This document shows positions 10,401-19,559 of a DNA stretch of 56,094 nt, in pieces. Origin of the DNA: a virus. Its lineage: Duplodnaviria > Caudoviricetes. Position 1 is the first letter of the stretch. Each line of letters begins with the position of its first letter. Location of the stretch: positions 1-56,094 of the IMG/VR virus record IMGVR_UViG_3300027607_000106; one strand, given 5' to 3'. Under the pieces are notes generated by a model, which did not search any database, was not told where the DNA came from, and worked only from the letters and a program-made list of their open reading frames with translations. The translations under genes were made by a program, and so were the position numbers.

Positions 10401-11216
10401 TCAATCAGTTGGCTTGTAAAAAACAAACCCGCCGCTTTCAATCGTCTTCATCAACTCGTCGGACGACGCCCATGATGGATTTACTACATTAACATGATAA
10501 TGAGTCGCGCCATCCGTAGGGTCAATCGTTGCCCCTCCAAGCGCCTGACCGGCAAGCTCATATATCGCATCAAACTGACTATCATCTCCTTTCCTTTTGG
10601 CCAGCATCAACCGGCGATCCGGGCTATTCAGATTCCAGCTCGAAAACTGATACCGCGCCAAAACAACTTCGGCTACCGTACTGCCGTACCTGGCAGATTG
10701 CATCCGGTTTAGCACCACGTGTGCGACAGCTTTCTGTGTTTCGTACCTTTCAGCTCGCGCTTCGCCCCAAATCGTCCTAGCAAGCAATAGACGCGGCTCT
10801 TCCTTCATCAAAACCGAATTATTCACTTCACCCCGAACAACTGGTTCAACAGATGAAGTTATAGCAAAATTCCCCTGAGGCAGAACACCAGTTTTAGCCC
10901 ATGATTCAAACTCGTCTTTGGGGATTTCAACATTTGAGTATTTTGATAAAGATCTAAGTGCAAATTTTCTTGCCTCTACACTATTTTTTGTATCGTGATC
11001 GCCGCTCAATATTGTGAGAGCAACATTAACCATCTGAATATCAAGCTCTCTGTCTTTATTCAAATAACCAAACGCCCCCGTTGTCATTGTCGCGATTGCA
11101 GTGAGTGCGGCTCCGGCGACACCGCTCAAAAGCGGGATAAGGACTTCTTTACGCGCAATCATACGGCGCTGAAACGGCTTACCCGAACTATCAAGTATTT
11201 TGCTTTCATCCGACAT
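10401..11216 (-). CDS. Membrane-anchored cell-wall hydrolase (SleB/Hydrolase_2 domain)
   Basis: N-terminal TM segment; LARTIWGEAR, AVAHVVLNR, QFSSWN, DPTDGATHYH and PSWA motifs. Confidence 0.85.
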   Translation of the reverse strand: MSDESKILDSSGKPFQRRMIARKEVLIPLLSGVAGAALTAIATMTTGAFGYLNKDRELDIQMVNVALTILSGDHDTKNSVEARKFALRSLSKYSNVEIPKDEFESWAKTGVLPQGNFAITSSVEPVVRGEVNNSVLMKEEPRLLLARTIWGEARAERYETQKAVAHVVLNRMQSARYGSTVAEVVLARYQFSSWNLNSPDRRLMLAKRKGDDSQFDAIYELAGQALGGATIDPTDGATHYHVNVVNPSWASSDELMKTIESGGFVFYKPTD

Positions 11217-11275
11217 CCATGTTTTCTCGACTAAGTCAGGAAGCGACTAACTGATAGCAGCATCTCCCATCCCTT

Positions 11276-11420
11276 CACAACCAATACCCGCGACCAACCC
11301 GATTACCCATGTGGCAGCAGTGGCCGGCGGTGGACTCTTACGGCAACCACCGCCGTGAGCATTCGCCAGACTGGGCAACCCAACCGCGATAGCCGCAACC
11401 AGCATCAATGCAATCCGCAT
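11276..11420 (-). pseudogene. Frameshifted small secreted Cys/His peptide (AHGGGCRKS..PG.CCHM type)
   Basis: Signal peptide MRIALMLVAAIAVGLPSLANA then HGGGCRKSPPP. Adding one G near 11324 restores GHCCHMGNRVG. Confidence 0.55.
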
Positions 11421-11470
11421 TTCACCCCTCCTTACGTGCAAAAGACGCCTAAGGGCTGCATGCGGCAGCA

Positions 11471-11500
11471 TTGTCACGCAATCAGAAACCGCGATAGTGT
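11471..11500 (+). promoter_or_regulatory. Putative sigma70-type promoter for a micro-ORF/sRNA
   Basis: TTGTCA-18 nt-TAGTGT. Confidence 0.45.
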
Positions 11501-11525
11501 GTCTCAAACGAAACAGGAGACGCTC

Positions 11526-11543
11526 ATGCTAAGTTGCGGCTGA
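11526..11543 (+). CDS. Candidate pentapeptide MLSCG
   Basis: AGGAG at 11515-11519, 6 nt before ATG CTA AGT TGC GGC TGA; followed by a GC hairpin at about 11566-11590. Confidence 0.35.
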   Translation: MLSCG

Positions 11544-11686
11544 TCTGCGATTTCTGAACTGGCTAGGGGCGGCTCCGAGGAACCGCCCTCCCGAAGGCCA
11601 GGATGAAGCCTAAGTGTGGTCCGGCAGGAGCCGGGCTTTTCCATTGACGCGCGCGAACCCCGACCGGCTTCAATCGTCGCTTTGCT

Positions 11687-11926
11687 CTATTTAGCGTCTT
11701 CTCTCGGGGGCGTGAGCACTTGGTCGCGCCATTCCTCGTCGAACGGTGGGCGGTCCAGATGTAGCTCTTCCATCATTGATGAAATCGCTATCCCAATCAT
11801 ATGGGCTGGCAACTCAAATCCCATCTCTTCGGCTGTCACTCTCGAATATTCCAGCATACGAATGAAAGCGATACATTCTTTGACATTATCGACTTGACCG
11901 GTGTCGGCGGTATCCTCACCCAGCAT
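11687..11926 (-). CDS. Small hypothetical protein
   Basis: 79-aa helical-looking ORF downstream of the BTAD regulator. Confidence 0.55.
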   Translation of the reverse strand: MLGEDTADTGQVDNVKECIAFIRMLEYSRVTAEEMGFELPAHMIGIAISSMMEELHLDRPPFDEEWRDQVLTPPREDAK

Positions 11927-12022
11927 CTCAAATCTCTCATCAGCTAATTCTCACCCTGGGAGAGATGCATACAGTCCACAGCGTTACACGACGTTACAGC
12001 GGGCAGCTGAGGGGCCGATTGC

Positions 12023-14047
12023 CTATTTGAAGCCCGCCCGTTTTAAGCCTTCGCGGTAGTGAGCAATTTGGGACGGGTCATTGTCCGGCAGGACCGAAAG
12101 CCAATTGTCGACAGTGAAATCCGGTATTTCCTCAAGCGTGACTTGCATAAGCCGCTGCGCAGACCGGGTGTTCCCGAGCATAGCGTTTGCCGCGGCACCC
12201 AGCCTGGCGGCCGGGGTCCAATCTTGCATCTTCTCGATGCTCGCCACGGCCTCACCGTAGCGCTCGGAAAAGAAGTTGGCGCCCGCTGATATCCACCAGT
12301 AAACATCCGGCGCATGGGGATTTAGGTCGATCGCCTGATCGATCTTTTGCAGAGCCTCTTCAGGTCGGGAGGCATGCACCAAACTGTCGGCATAGTCCGC
12401 TAGTAAATCGGCATGCGACGGGGTGTATGCTTCGGCATCGCGGAACACGTTGATACTCTCGTCGAAAATGCCTTGAAGCTTTCTGACCGCTCCGAGTTCC
12501 CGATAGCCGCATGCATCATCAGGGTCCAGAGAAATCGCAAGCTTTGCGTGCGTTTCAGCCGAAGACAGCAATTCCCCGTCTCCGCGAGCCGTCAATATCC
12601 ACTCCAGGTGCTCCGTACGCGCCACCCCGCTCCATGCGTTCGCAAAGTATGGCGACTCTTTGGCCGACAATGTGAAGTGCTTGCGGGCACGCCGAACGCT
12701 TGGAAGATCGAGCATCGCCATATACCGCGAGCCGAGCAGGTAATTCTGATAGGCATCCGCGCTTGCGTGCTGGTTGATGCGCGAGATTGACAGTTCTTCG
12801 ATTTCGCGAACGATTGCCCGAACGGTCCTGCTCACTATAGCGTTGTAGGCACTGGTCAGGTGTTGCAGAGACAAGTCAAATCGATCTGCCCAAACCACCT
12901 CGTTGTGTTGTGTATCAATCAATTCCACGATCCAAGAACCACTTTGAAACGCCGCAGCGGCTCGTGTCTGGACCGCGTAGTCAATGTTGTAGATCTGATA
13001 CGCCAGCAGTCTTTCGTCCGGATTGATCCGCCTTGCTGTATGGGTTCCGATAACGCGCAGGTCACGCGCTCGGCAAAGCCCGAGTTGGATATCCTCCAGG
13101 AACGCCGATGCGATGTTGCAATCGGTTCGAACGGATTCTTCCGGCGCGAGAACGGCGACACGAGGCAAAATCCATTCCGGACGATCAAGCCCGTGGTGCG
13201 CCGTTTCCATCTTGGGGGCTAGCCGAAGCCCTTTTATCAGTCGTTCCGTCGCCGACTCCGGGGTCGCCTGGAATTCACTTCGAAGACGGTCTTTGAAGTC
13301 TTCGAGTATCTTTATGGCCTCATAGGGTTTCCGCTTATGCACCAGAACTTCAGTAAGCACCTGATATGCTGTTTCGTTGCTCCAATCGAGAAGAACAAGC
13401 CGACGTGCGGCCTGCTCTAGCAATTCACCATGTTCATGCAGATCGACAGCGCGCATCGCACGGGCGATCAGTTCCACCAACAAAGAAACATACTTGCCGC
13501 GCTCGGCTTCCAGCCAAGCGTCCCCAGCTCGGCTCGAGGCAGAAAGACCCTCAAGGTAGGCCCCACGAACGATGAACAAGAAGCTTGTCAGACTATCGAT
13601 CGCCGAATTGCCAAGACTGGTGTACAGCAAGTCGGTATCGCATTGGATTTGGTTAGGATCGATTGATACGCTGTGTTTTGTAGACGAAAACAGCCGGATC
13701 CCTGATGCCGTCTGCTTGTTCTTGATGCGGAGTAGAAGCTGACGGAGATTGGCCAGCGGCTTTACCGCCTCGGCTTCATCCCAAAGGAAATCGGCTAGTT
13801 CGGCGCGCGTTACTGTGCAGGACGGCCGGGTCTTTATATAGGCGAGCGCCAGCAGTGCCTTCCCTGGGATCGAAATTGCGTCGCCCGAGCCGTCCGAAAT
13901 TCTCGGGGGCCCGAACGAGATAAGGCGAAGCAATTTGTGTCTCGCTGTTGGCCCCGTTGCGGGCAGTGCCGCCTCATCTAACGTGGCTGGAACATCGAGC
14001 CGGCGAGAAAGCGTCCCCTTTACCTCACGCTTCCCGGGTGCCGCCAA
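12023..14047 (-). CDS. SARP/BTAD-family transcriptional regulator with TolB-like and TPR domains (moron)
   Basis: wHTH (ALLALAY...TRAELADFLW...NLRQLL), BTAD (GAYLEG...WLEAER...E.AYQ.L), PRVAVL...VVWADRFD and TPRs (AISLDP, AIDLNP...GLKRAG). Confidence 0.85.
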   Translation of the reverse strand: MAAPGKREVKGTLSRRLDVPATLDEAALPATGPTARHKLLRLISFGPPRISDGSGDAISIPGKALLALAYIKTRPSCTVTRAELADFLWDEAEAVKPLANLRQLLLRIKNKQTASGIRLFSSTKHSVSIDPNQIQCDTDLLYTSLGNSAIDSLTSFLFIVRGAYLEGLSASSRAGDAWLEAERGKYVSLLVELIARAMRAVDLHEHGELLEQAARRLVLLDWSNETAYQVLTEVLVHKRKPYEAIKILEDFKDRLRSEFQATPESATERLIKGLRLAPKMETAHHGLDRPEWILPRVAVLAPEESVRTDCNIASAFLEDIQLGLCRARDLRVIGTHTARRINPDERLLAYQIYNIDYAVQTRAAAAFQSGSWIVELIDTQHNEVVWADRFDLSLQHLTSAYNAIVSRTVRAIVREIEELSISRINQHASADAYQNYLLGSRYMAMLDLPSVRRARKHFTLSAKESPYFANAWSGVARTEHLEWILTARGDGELLSSAETHAKLAISLDPDDACGYRELGAVRKLQGIFDESINVFRDAEAYTPSHADLLADYADSLVHASRPEEALQKIDQAIDLNPHAPDVYWWISAGANFFSERYGEAVASIEKMQDWTPAARLGAAANAMLGNTRSAQRLMQVTLEEIPDFTVDNWLSVLPDNDPSQIAHYREGLKRAGFK

Positions 14048-14150
14048 TGTAATTACGCGGATAAGAACGTATACGCACGTTCTGCGTGATTGTCACTCAA
14101 TCTGTGATGGAGGCGGGTAGCGTAGTTGGGGCCTCAGTTCCTTGCCGGCG

Positions 14151-16283
14151 TCACCGCCTCCGCCTGGGCAGTCCGCGCACGGGGTTGACACCGAAACGTT
14201 TCTCGATCGCCTTGCCGGTCGCCCCTCGATTGGCGACGGAATCGGCAATTGCCCCATCGACCATCCGGCGCATCGTGACCTCTATCGTCCCGTCGGCATT
14301 TTGGCTCACCTCTGCCTTGTCACCGCCGGGCGCCTCGTTGACGACCACATGGACGTCCGGCGCAGCGGCTGCCGCTGAATTGCTGTTCGCCGCCGGAGAT
14401 AGCCGAAGGGGCGTCGGTGATCGGAATGCGGCGGATGGAGAACTGGACTGCCCGGCGATCGTACTGAGACCTGAGATCCGGCTTACCGAACTCATACCGC
14501 CTGGTGTGGCGAAGTCCGGCCCCGGTGTGAGGATCATGGGATTGCCGGTCGCAACCCGTGGGATGAACAGACCGCCCGAGAACAGCCCGGCAAGCGGCCC
14601 TTCACCCAGAAGCAAGGCCTGCAAAACCAGATCACCCAACCTGCTGATCAGGTTGTCGACGACCGCAATCCCGGTGTCGAGTTCCCTGAACAATTGCCGC
14701 GCGGCATCTCGCGCGGTGTCATACCCAAGTGATTGAAGCTCCGTGGCCTGTTCCTGCTTGCGAATGAGTTCTTCTGTTTTCCGTACCCACTCCTCAATCG
14801 AACCCGCCATTTCATGGTTTTCGTCGATCCCTGCGCGCTTCAGCGCGTTGTAGACCGCCTGCTCTTCGTTCGTCCGCTGCAATTGCGCATGTTCGAAGAT
14901 CAGCGAGTCGATGATATTGTCTATCTTCTGTTGCGCGCGTTCTTGCTCGCGGGTGGCCTGCTTCTGCAACCGCTCGGCCTCGCGCTGAGACTTCAACAGG
15001 GCCTCCCGCGCCTTCTCTTCGTCGTACATAAGCGTGACACGAGCGGCGATCTGCTCGGCTTCCTTTGTTCCGGCTTCGGCATTCGCCTCGCGCTGTTCCT
15101 TCAGGATGCGATTCTGAAGCTCGCTCCGCCGGCCGGCTTCAATCTCCTCGTTGAGCCGTTCGACGACCTGCTCATAGGCCGAAGGAAGGTCCTGTGCTGC
15201 GCGCGCCTGCTCCAAGCGTGCGCCGGCATCAATGGCCGCCTCGGCAAGCGCCAGGATATCGTCGCGCAGCTGCAGCAGGTTCGACGGGTTCCCGGCCTCC
15301 TGGACAATTCGTGAGACCTCCTCGCGAAACGCCTTCATATCCGGTGTGCCTGCCCGAGCTTCCTTCCGGAGTTGCTCGATCGGCTCGCGGAACGCTTCGA
15401 ACTGGCTGGTTGCCCGTCCGCCGCCGGCAAAGCCACCGCGTGTTCCAAACAGCAACGTGTTCCCGGTCAAGAATTCCTCGACCTCTTTGTCCAGGCTCTC
15501 CCGCGCCTGCTGGAGGTTCGATGCAACATCGACGTCGAGGACAACCTTGCTCTTCCTGGCATAGTCCTCTAGCCCGTCCGCCGCCTCGCCATAGGCATCC
15601 TTCAACTCGCGGATCAGCTTGTCGTGCTTCTCAAGCGCCTTGTCGGCGTCGTCCGCGCCGTCTGTAACCGCATCGAACAGAAATCCGGCCGCACCGGCTG
15701 CCGCAGCGATACCGATGGTTGTGAGCATGAGCGGATTGGTGACGAAAGAGATCAGGCCAGTGCCAAGGGCCTTCGCAGCGCCGAGCACGCCGGTGCCCGG
15801 CCCAAAGATCGCCGAGATTTGCGCGCCCTGCTGCGCCATGACCATAAACGGGCTCTGGCCGGACGCCAACGAAACGCCGATGTCAGCGATCTGATGGTTC
15901 AGGTTCGTCAGTTGCGCGGCGTTCAACTGGTTTGCGTTGACCGCCTGCCCTACGACGGCATTCTGCGTCATGTAGCGCTGGTTGGCCAATGCCATCAGTT
16001 CGTTCTGGCGTTCGATCGATACAAGGCCTTGTTCGCGAGCGCGCAGGAGCGTTCTCTCGACCTTTTCAAGCTGTAGCTGCCCTCGATGAACGGGATCGAG
16101 AGACCGCTGCAAACGCGCATAGGCCCGTTCAACGCTCAGTGTTGCGCGGGACGTCTTGGCCCCTTTCGACGCGACATTGTCCTGGGCAGCGGCGACCTTG
16201 TTCAGATCGGCGGCGGCCTCCTTGACACCGCGCGTCTTACCCTCAATCAGGACAGAGCTGCGGATTTCACTGATCGACGGCAT
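14151..16283 (-). CDS. Tail tape measure protein (lambda family)
   Basis: QIADIGVSLASGQSPFMVMAQQGAQI motif, long helical body, synteny. Confidence 0.9.
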   Translation of the reverse strand: MPSISEIRSSVLIEGKTRGVKEAAADLNKVAAAQDNVASKGAKTSRATLSVERAYARLQRSLDPVHRGQLQLEKVERTLLRAREQGLVSIERQNELMALANQRYMTQNAVVGQAVNANQLNAAQLTNLNHQIADIGVSLASGQSPFMVMAQQGAQISAIFGPGTGVLGAAKALGTGLISFVTNPLMLTTIGIAAAAGAAGFLFDAVTDGADDADKALEKHDKLIRELKDAYGEAADGLEDYARKSKVVLDVDVASNLQQARESLDKEVEEFLTGNTLLFGTRGGFAGGGRATSQFEAFREPIEQLRKEARAGTPDMKAFREEVSRIVQEAGNPSNLLQLRDDILALAEAAIDAGARLEQARAAQDLPSAYEQVVERLNEEIEAGRRSELQNRILKEQREANAEAGTKEAEQIAARVTLMYDEEKAREALLKSQREAERLQKQATREQERAQQKIDNIIDSLIFEHAQLQRTNEEQAVYNALKRAGIDENHEMAGSIEEWVRKTEELIRKQEQATELQSLGYDTARDAARQLFRELDTGIAVVDNLISRLGDLVLQALLLGEGPLAGLFSGGLFIPRVATGNPMILTPGPDFATPGGMSSVSRISGLSTIAGQSSSPSAAFRSPTPLRLSPAANSNSAAAAAPDVHVVVNEAPGGDKAEVSQNADGTIEVTMRRMVDGAIADSVANRGATGKAIEKRFGVNPVRGLPRRRR

Positions 16284-16607
16284 TTCTGTCTTTGCTCACA
16301 TGCTTGATGTAGTCCGCATCGAGAGTGCGGATCAGGCCTTCGAACCACTCGAATTCATCGATTCCGTGCGGGCCATAGCGCTGCGCATAGGCGTTGATGG
16401 CAGACCAGTAAATCGGGCCGCACCCGCCCATGCCGATCTGGCGATCGCCGTTGAGCGCCCAGAAGGCCCGCCAAACCGGCAACAGGTGGTCATGGGGATC
16501 GACGCGCCGCAGCAGCGCCTTCGGCGGCACCCCGTCCAGTTCGGCCTGATCTTCCAGCCATTGAACGCGCTCACCCCATTGCAGGTGCCAGGCGAGCGCG
16601 GCTGTTA
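16267..16607 (-). CDS. Tail assembly chaperone GT extension (reached by -1 frameshift)
   Basis: The -1 frame is open from the slippery site: KLTAALAWHLQWGERVQWL...VWRAFWAL..DR..GMG..PI.WSAI..YA. Confidence 0.75.
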
Positions 16608-17033
16608 GTTTCCCTCATCGGCCTTGGTGTCGACGGCGGCCTCGTCACCGACGATCAAGGCGGCCCAGACCACGCTGTCGCGGAAACGCCGGTATTCAGG
16701 CTCATTGAGCAGCGGCTCGGCCTGCCCCTTCGAATACTTGATCGGCTTCCCGTCATCGTCCGACAGGTTGCGCCAATCGAGCAGGACGGTTTCGAGAAGG
16801 CACTGCGAAACGATCCTGTCGGCCGCCGCCGGATCGATCATGCCGCCGATTTTGGCGCTTCGATCAAGGCCGCGGACGAGCTTGGCGTACAATGCGCGAT
16901 AGTCCGCATTGTCCATACCCCGGACCTTGAGCTCGAGGTCGCCCATTTCCGGAATCTGATACTCGGTCGACGGCCCGATCCAGCGCCCCTGGTCGATCGC
17001 GACCGTATTCACCTTGACGGCGGAAAGCTTCAT
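16605..17033 (-). CDS. Tail assembly chaperone (gpG-like)
   Basis: Between tail tube and TMP genes; LLDWRNL.DDDGKPI.YS motif; ends on a slippery heptamer. Confidence 0.8.
   Translation of the reverse strand: MKLSAVKVNTVAIDQGRWIGPSTEYQIPEMGDLELKVRGMDNADYRALYAKLVRGLDRSAKIGGMIDPAAADRIVSQCLLETVLLDWRNLSDDDGKPIKYSKGQAEPLLNEPEYRRFRDSVVWAALIVGDEAAVDTKADEGN
16608..16614 (-). other. Programmed -1 frameshift slippery site G GGA AAC
   Basis: XXXYYYZ heptamer directly before the TAA of the chaperone gene. Confidence 0.8.
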
Positions 17034-17191
17034 GATTTGTCCTTCTCAAGCTTGGGGAATTTGGCAAGGCCCTTGGCGACGATCAGGTCGGCATAGTCGT
17101 CGTCCTCGATGTCGGTCGGGCCCGCGGGATAGAACGTCTTGATGCCGCCCGGATAGCCGGTATGCGGCGTGGTCACGGTGACGGTTTTCAT
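17030..17191 (-). CDS. Small hypothetical virion-cluster protein
   Basis: MKTVTVTTPHTGYPGG..., overlap-coupled to both neighbours. Confidence 0.6.
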   Translation of the reverse strand: MKTVTVTTPHTGYPGGIKTFYPAGPTDIEDDDYADLIVAKGLAKFPKLEKDKS

Positions 17192-18114
17192 CAGGCTACC
17201 GCCCGCGTGATCTTCAGCGAGCACGCTTCTGATGCGTCGTAGACGGCGGTGTAGGGAAGCCTGACCATGATATCGTCATCGTTCCCGCCGACCGGCTTGG
17301 AGCCGCTGCCCAGGATGATCTTGGGCAGGTCGAAGGTGTATTTCTCGTTGGCGACCTGGCCCACCGTGAAGCTCACCGCGCCGCTGCCATGATCGAGCAC
17401 CGACTGATAGAGCGTGTTGGACTCGAAATAGATCTCCATTTCGCCGGTAATCGTCGTGCGACCGGCGCCGAATTCCTCGGAATAGAGCGACCCGATGACA
17501 GGACGCGTCCTCAGATTGTTGTTGATGTTGAGCGTCAGGCTTCGGACCTTGTAGGAGCCGCCCAGGACGCTGAGTGAGCCCAGCGATCCGGAAGCCGACA
17601 TGACCGCATTGGTGTTCGCCGCGGTATAGGTCGCGCCGAAAATGATCGCTGCGTCCAGCTGCTCCTGCTTCGCCATCACGTTGAAGCTGCCGGTGATCTT
17701 CCCGCGCGCAGTGAAGTTCAGCGACATTTGCGAGATCATGGCGCCGACATACCGTGAGAAGGAATCCGTCGCGCCGAGTTCAACCGTCTCCTCGAAGGTG
17801 AAGAACTTACGCGTCGTGCCGTTCTTCAGGATGTTCGCCGCCCAATCCCCGAACATGACTGCCGCGAGGATGTCGTCAAATGACCCGTAGCTGAGTTCGA
17901 ACGGATAGGAGCCCGCGACGTCCTGCCCGAGCTGGATTTCATCGCGGACATTGCGATCGGCCTGCAGTTCGTCGGAAATCGCCGTCGTCTTGTTCGTCGA
18001 GACCCCGCCGCCGGTCGTCCGCAGCACCTGGAACGCCGGCGTCGCCGGCGTCGTGCCAAATGTCGATTCCGCGATATAGGCAATGCGGGTCCCTGCCCCG
18101 TCACCAAAGGCCAT
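17191..18114 (-). CDS. Major tail tube protein
   Basis: IAYIAESTFGTTP, SDELQADRNV and ITGEMEIYFE motifs. Confidence 0.85.
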   Translation of the reverse strand: MAFGDGAGTRIAYIAESTFGTTPATPAFQVLRTTGGGVSTNKTTAISDELQADRNVRDEIQLGQDVAGSYPFELSYGSFDDILAAVMFGDWAANILKNGTTRKFFTFEETVELGATDSFSRYVGAMISQMSLNFTARGKITGSFNVMAKQEQLDAAIIFGATYTAANTNAVMSASGSLGSLSVLGGSYKVRSLTLNINNNLRTRPVIGSLYSEEFGAGRTTITGEMEIYFESNTLYQSVLDHGSGAVSFTVGQVANEKYTFDLPKIILGSGSKPVGGNDDDIMVRLPYTAVYDASEACSLKITRAVA

Positions 18115-18148
18115 GGCTCATGTCTCCTGATTGTCGGATAAGGATCGG

Positions 18149-18559
18149 TCAGCCGATCAGGTCGTAGTCGTAGGCAACCGCGAAACTCAGCTTGTAGTAG
18201 TTGCCGTCTTCATTCGTCTGGTCTTCCGTCGCCGGCGAGGCCTCGAAGCACTGGACACCGTCGAAGGTCTTGCCCCGAAACAGCGCCCGAAGCGTATCGG
18301 CCCAGCCGAGATAGGTATCCTTGCCCTGGCCGCGCTCGCCATGAATGACGATCCGGAACGCACCCTCTTCGCGCCAGACATTGGCGCCCGGCGACCCGAT
18401 AGACATCTGCTCTTCATTGGCGACCGGATACTGAACCACGAGAAACGCGCCACCATCCGCCGGCGGCGTGGCGTCTTCGTTGATCGTCCGGATCGGACAT
18501 GTGGCCCAGTTCGCCGCGAGACGCGTCTCCACGGCGGTCACGACGGCAGCAGACGCCAT
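18149..18559 (-). CDS. Tail terminator protein (DUF4128-like)
   Basis: REEGAFRIVI...ADTLRALFRG; synteny. Confidence 0.7.
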   Translation of the reverse strand: MASAAVVTAVETRLAANWATCPIRTINEDATPPADGGAFLVVQYPVANEEQMSIGSPGANVWREEGAFRIVIHGERGQGKDTYLGWADTLRALFRGKTFDGVQCFEASPATEDQTNEDGNYYKLSFAVAYDYDLIG

Positions 18560-19221
18560 CAGCGCATCCTCACCACGATGGCTGGATTACGAACATCTTT
18601 GAGCAGTTGCCGTTCGCGAGCCTTGGTGCCGAGATCTGGCAAATCACGTCCCCTCGCCCACTCAAGGATCGGACCGGTCAGCGGCTCGCGAAAGGTGAAC
18701 TTGATCGAAGCCATATTGCTGAACCGCCTTCGGGCAAGAAGGGCCACTGCCTCGTAAACACCGGATGGCGCCTGGCGAGAAAGCCCGCGTTCGATTTTGC
18801 GCGCATAGGGCTGCACGTTGACAAACACGTACTCGTCAGCCTCGACGAGTGGTGCCCCCGGCTCATGTGCAACGCCATCCGCAAAGAGCATGTGTGAATT
18901 GGCATACGTCCCCCTCCACACAGGCGAATGCTGGATTAGTTGCGTCCCGATCCATTCGAGCATGTCCTCGAAGATCTCGAATTCGAACAGGATCGTGCCC
19001 GTCGGCTTGACGCTCTCAAGGGGCGCGCCCGATCGGCCGTCGACATAGGTCTCATGCGGCGGCACATGACCGAGCGCTGCCTTGTTGATCGCCTGCGCCT
19101 CCGCCAGTTCCTCCTCGGCCGCATCGGCCAGGAAGCGGCTCGCGGCCTCCGGCGAGAGTGTATCGTCGATCAGGATCTCGATATCCCGGGCGATCGGCTC
19201 GACCTTGACGGTAACAGCCAT
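18559..19221 (-). CDS. Neck/tail completion protein (HK97 gp10-like)
   Basis: SPVWRGTYANSH and NVQPYARKIERGLSRQAPSGVY motifs. Confidence 0.7.
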   Translation of the reverse strand: MAVTVKVEPIARDIEILIDDTLSPEAASRFLADAAEEELAEAQAINKAALGHVPPHETYVDGRSGAPLESVKPTGTILFEFEIFEDMLEWIGTQLIQHSPVWRGTYANSHMLFADGVAHEPGAPLVEADEYVFVNVQPYARKIERGLSRQAPSGVYEAVALLARRRFSNMASIKFTFREPLTGPILEWARGRDLPDLGTKARERQLLKDVRNPAIVVRMR

Positions 19222-19559
19222 CAGCCGCGCACCTGAAGCTCATAGGCGATCAGCGTATCGCCGATCCGCCTGGTATTGTCATCGCTAGCCTCGATGTTGC
19301 AGCGCCGCCCGGAGATCACGACGGCGTCGTTCTCCTCCGGCAAGCCCCAGGCCGTCCCCTCGACATCCTCCGCCAGAACGATCACCTTGCGGTCGCCCTG
19401 CTGAATGCCGCTGGTCAACTCATCCGCCCGGTAGCCCATCACGCGCGCTTTGACGGAGAGATCGGACGGCGTTGCGGCGGCGCCCTTGCGCAGGACGACC
19501 GTCTGGCCGCGTTGGTCGATCTGCCGGCGATACATCGCACGCGCTGCGTCCGGTGTCAC
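19221..19559 (-). CDS. Head-tail joining/closure protein
   Basis: IQQGDRKVIV...YELQVRG; synteny. Confidence 0.7.
   Translation of the reverse strand: MTPDAARAMYRRQIDQRGQTVVLRKGAAATPSDLSVKARVMGYRADELTSGIQQGDRKVIVLAEDVEGTAWGLPEENDAVVISGRRCNIEASDDNTRRIGDTLIAYELQVRG

Noticed and set aside
14112-14124. GGCGGGTAGCGT as an RfaH ops-like site
   Set aside because: Imperfect match and on the strand opposite to late transcription.
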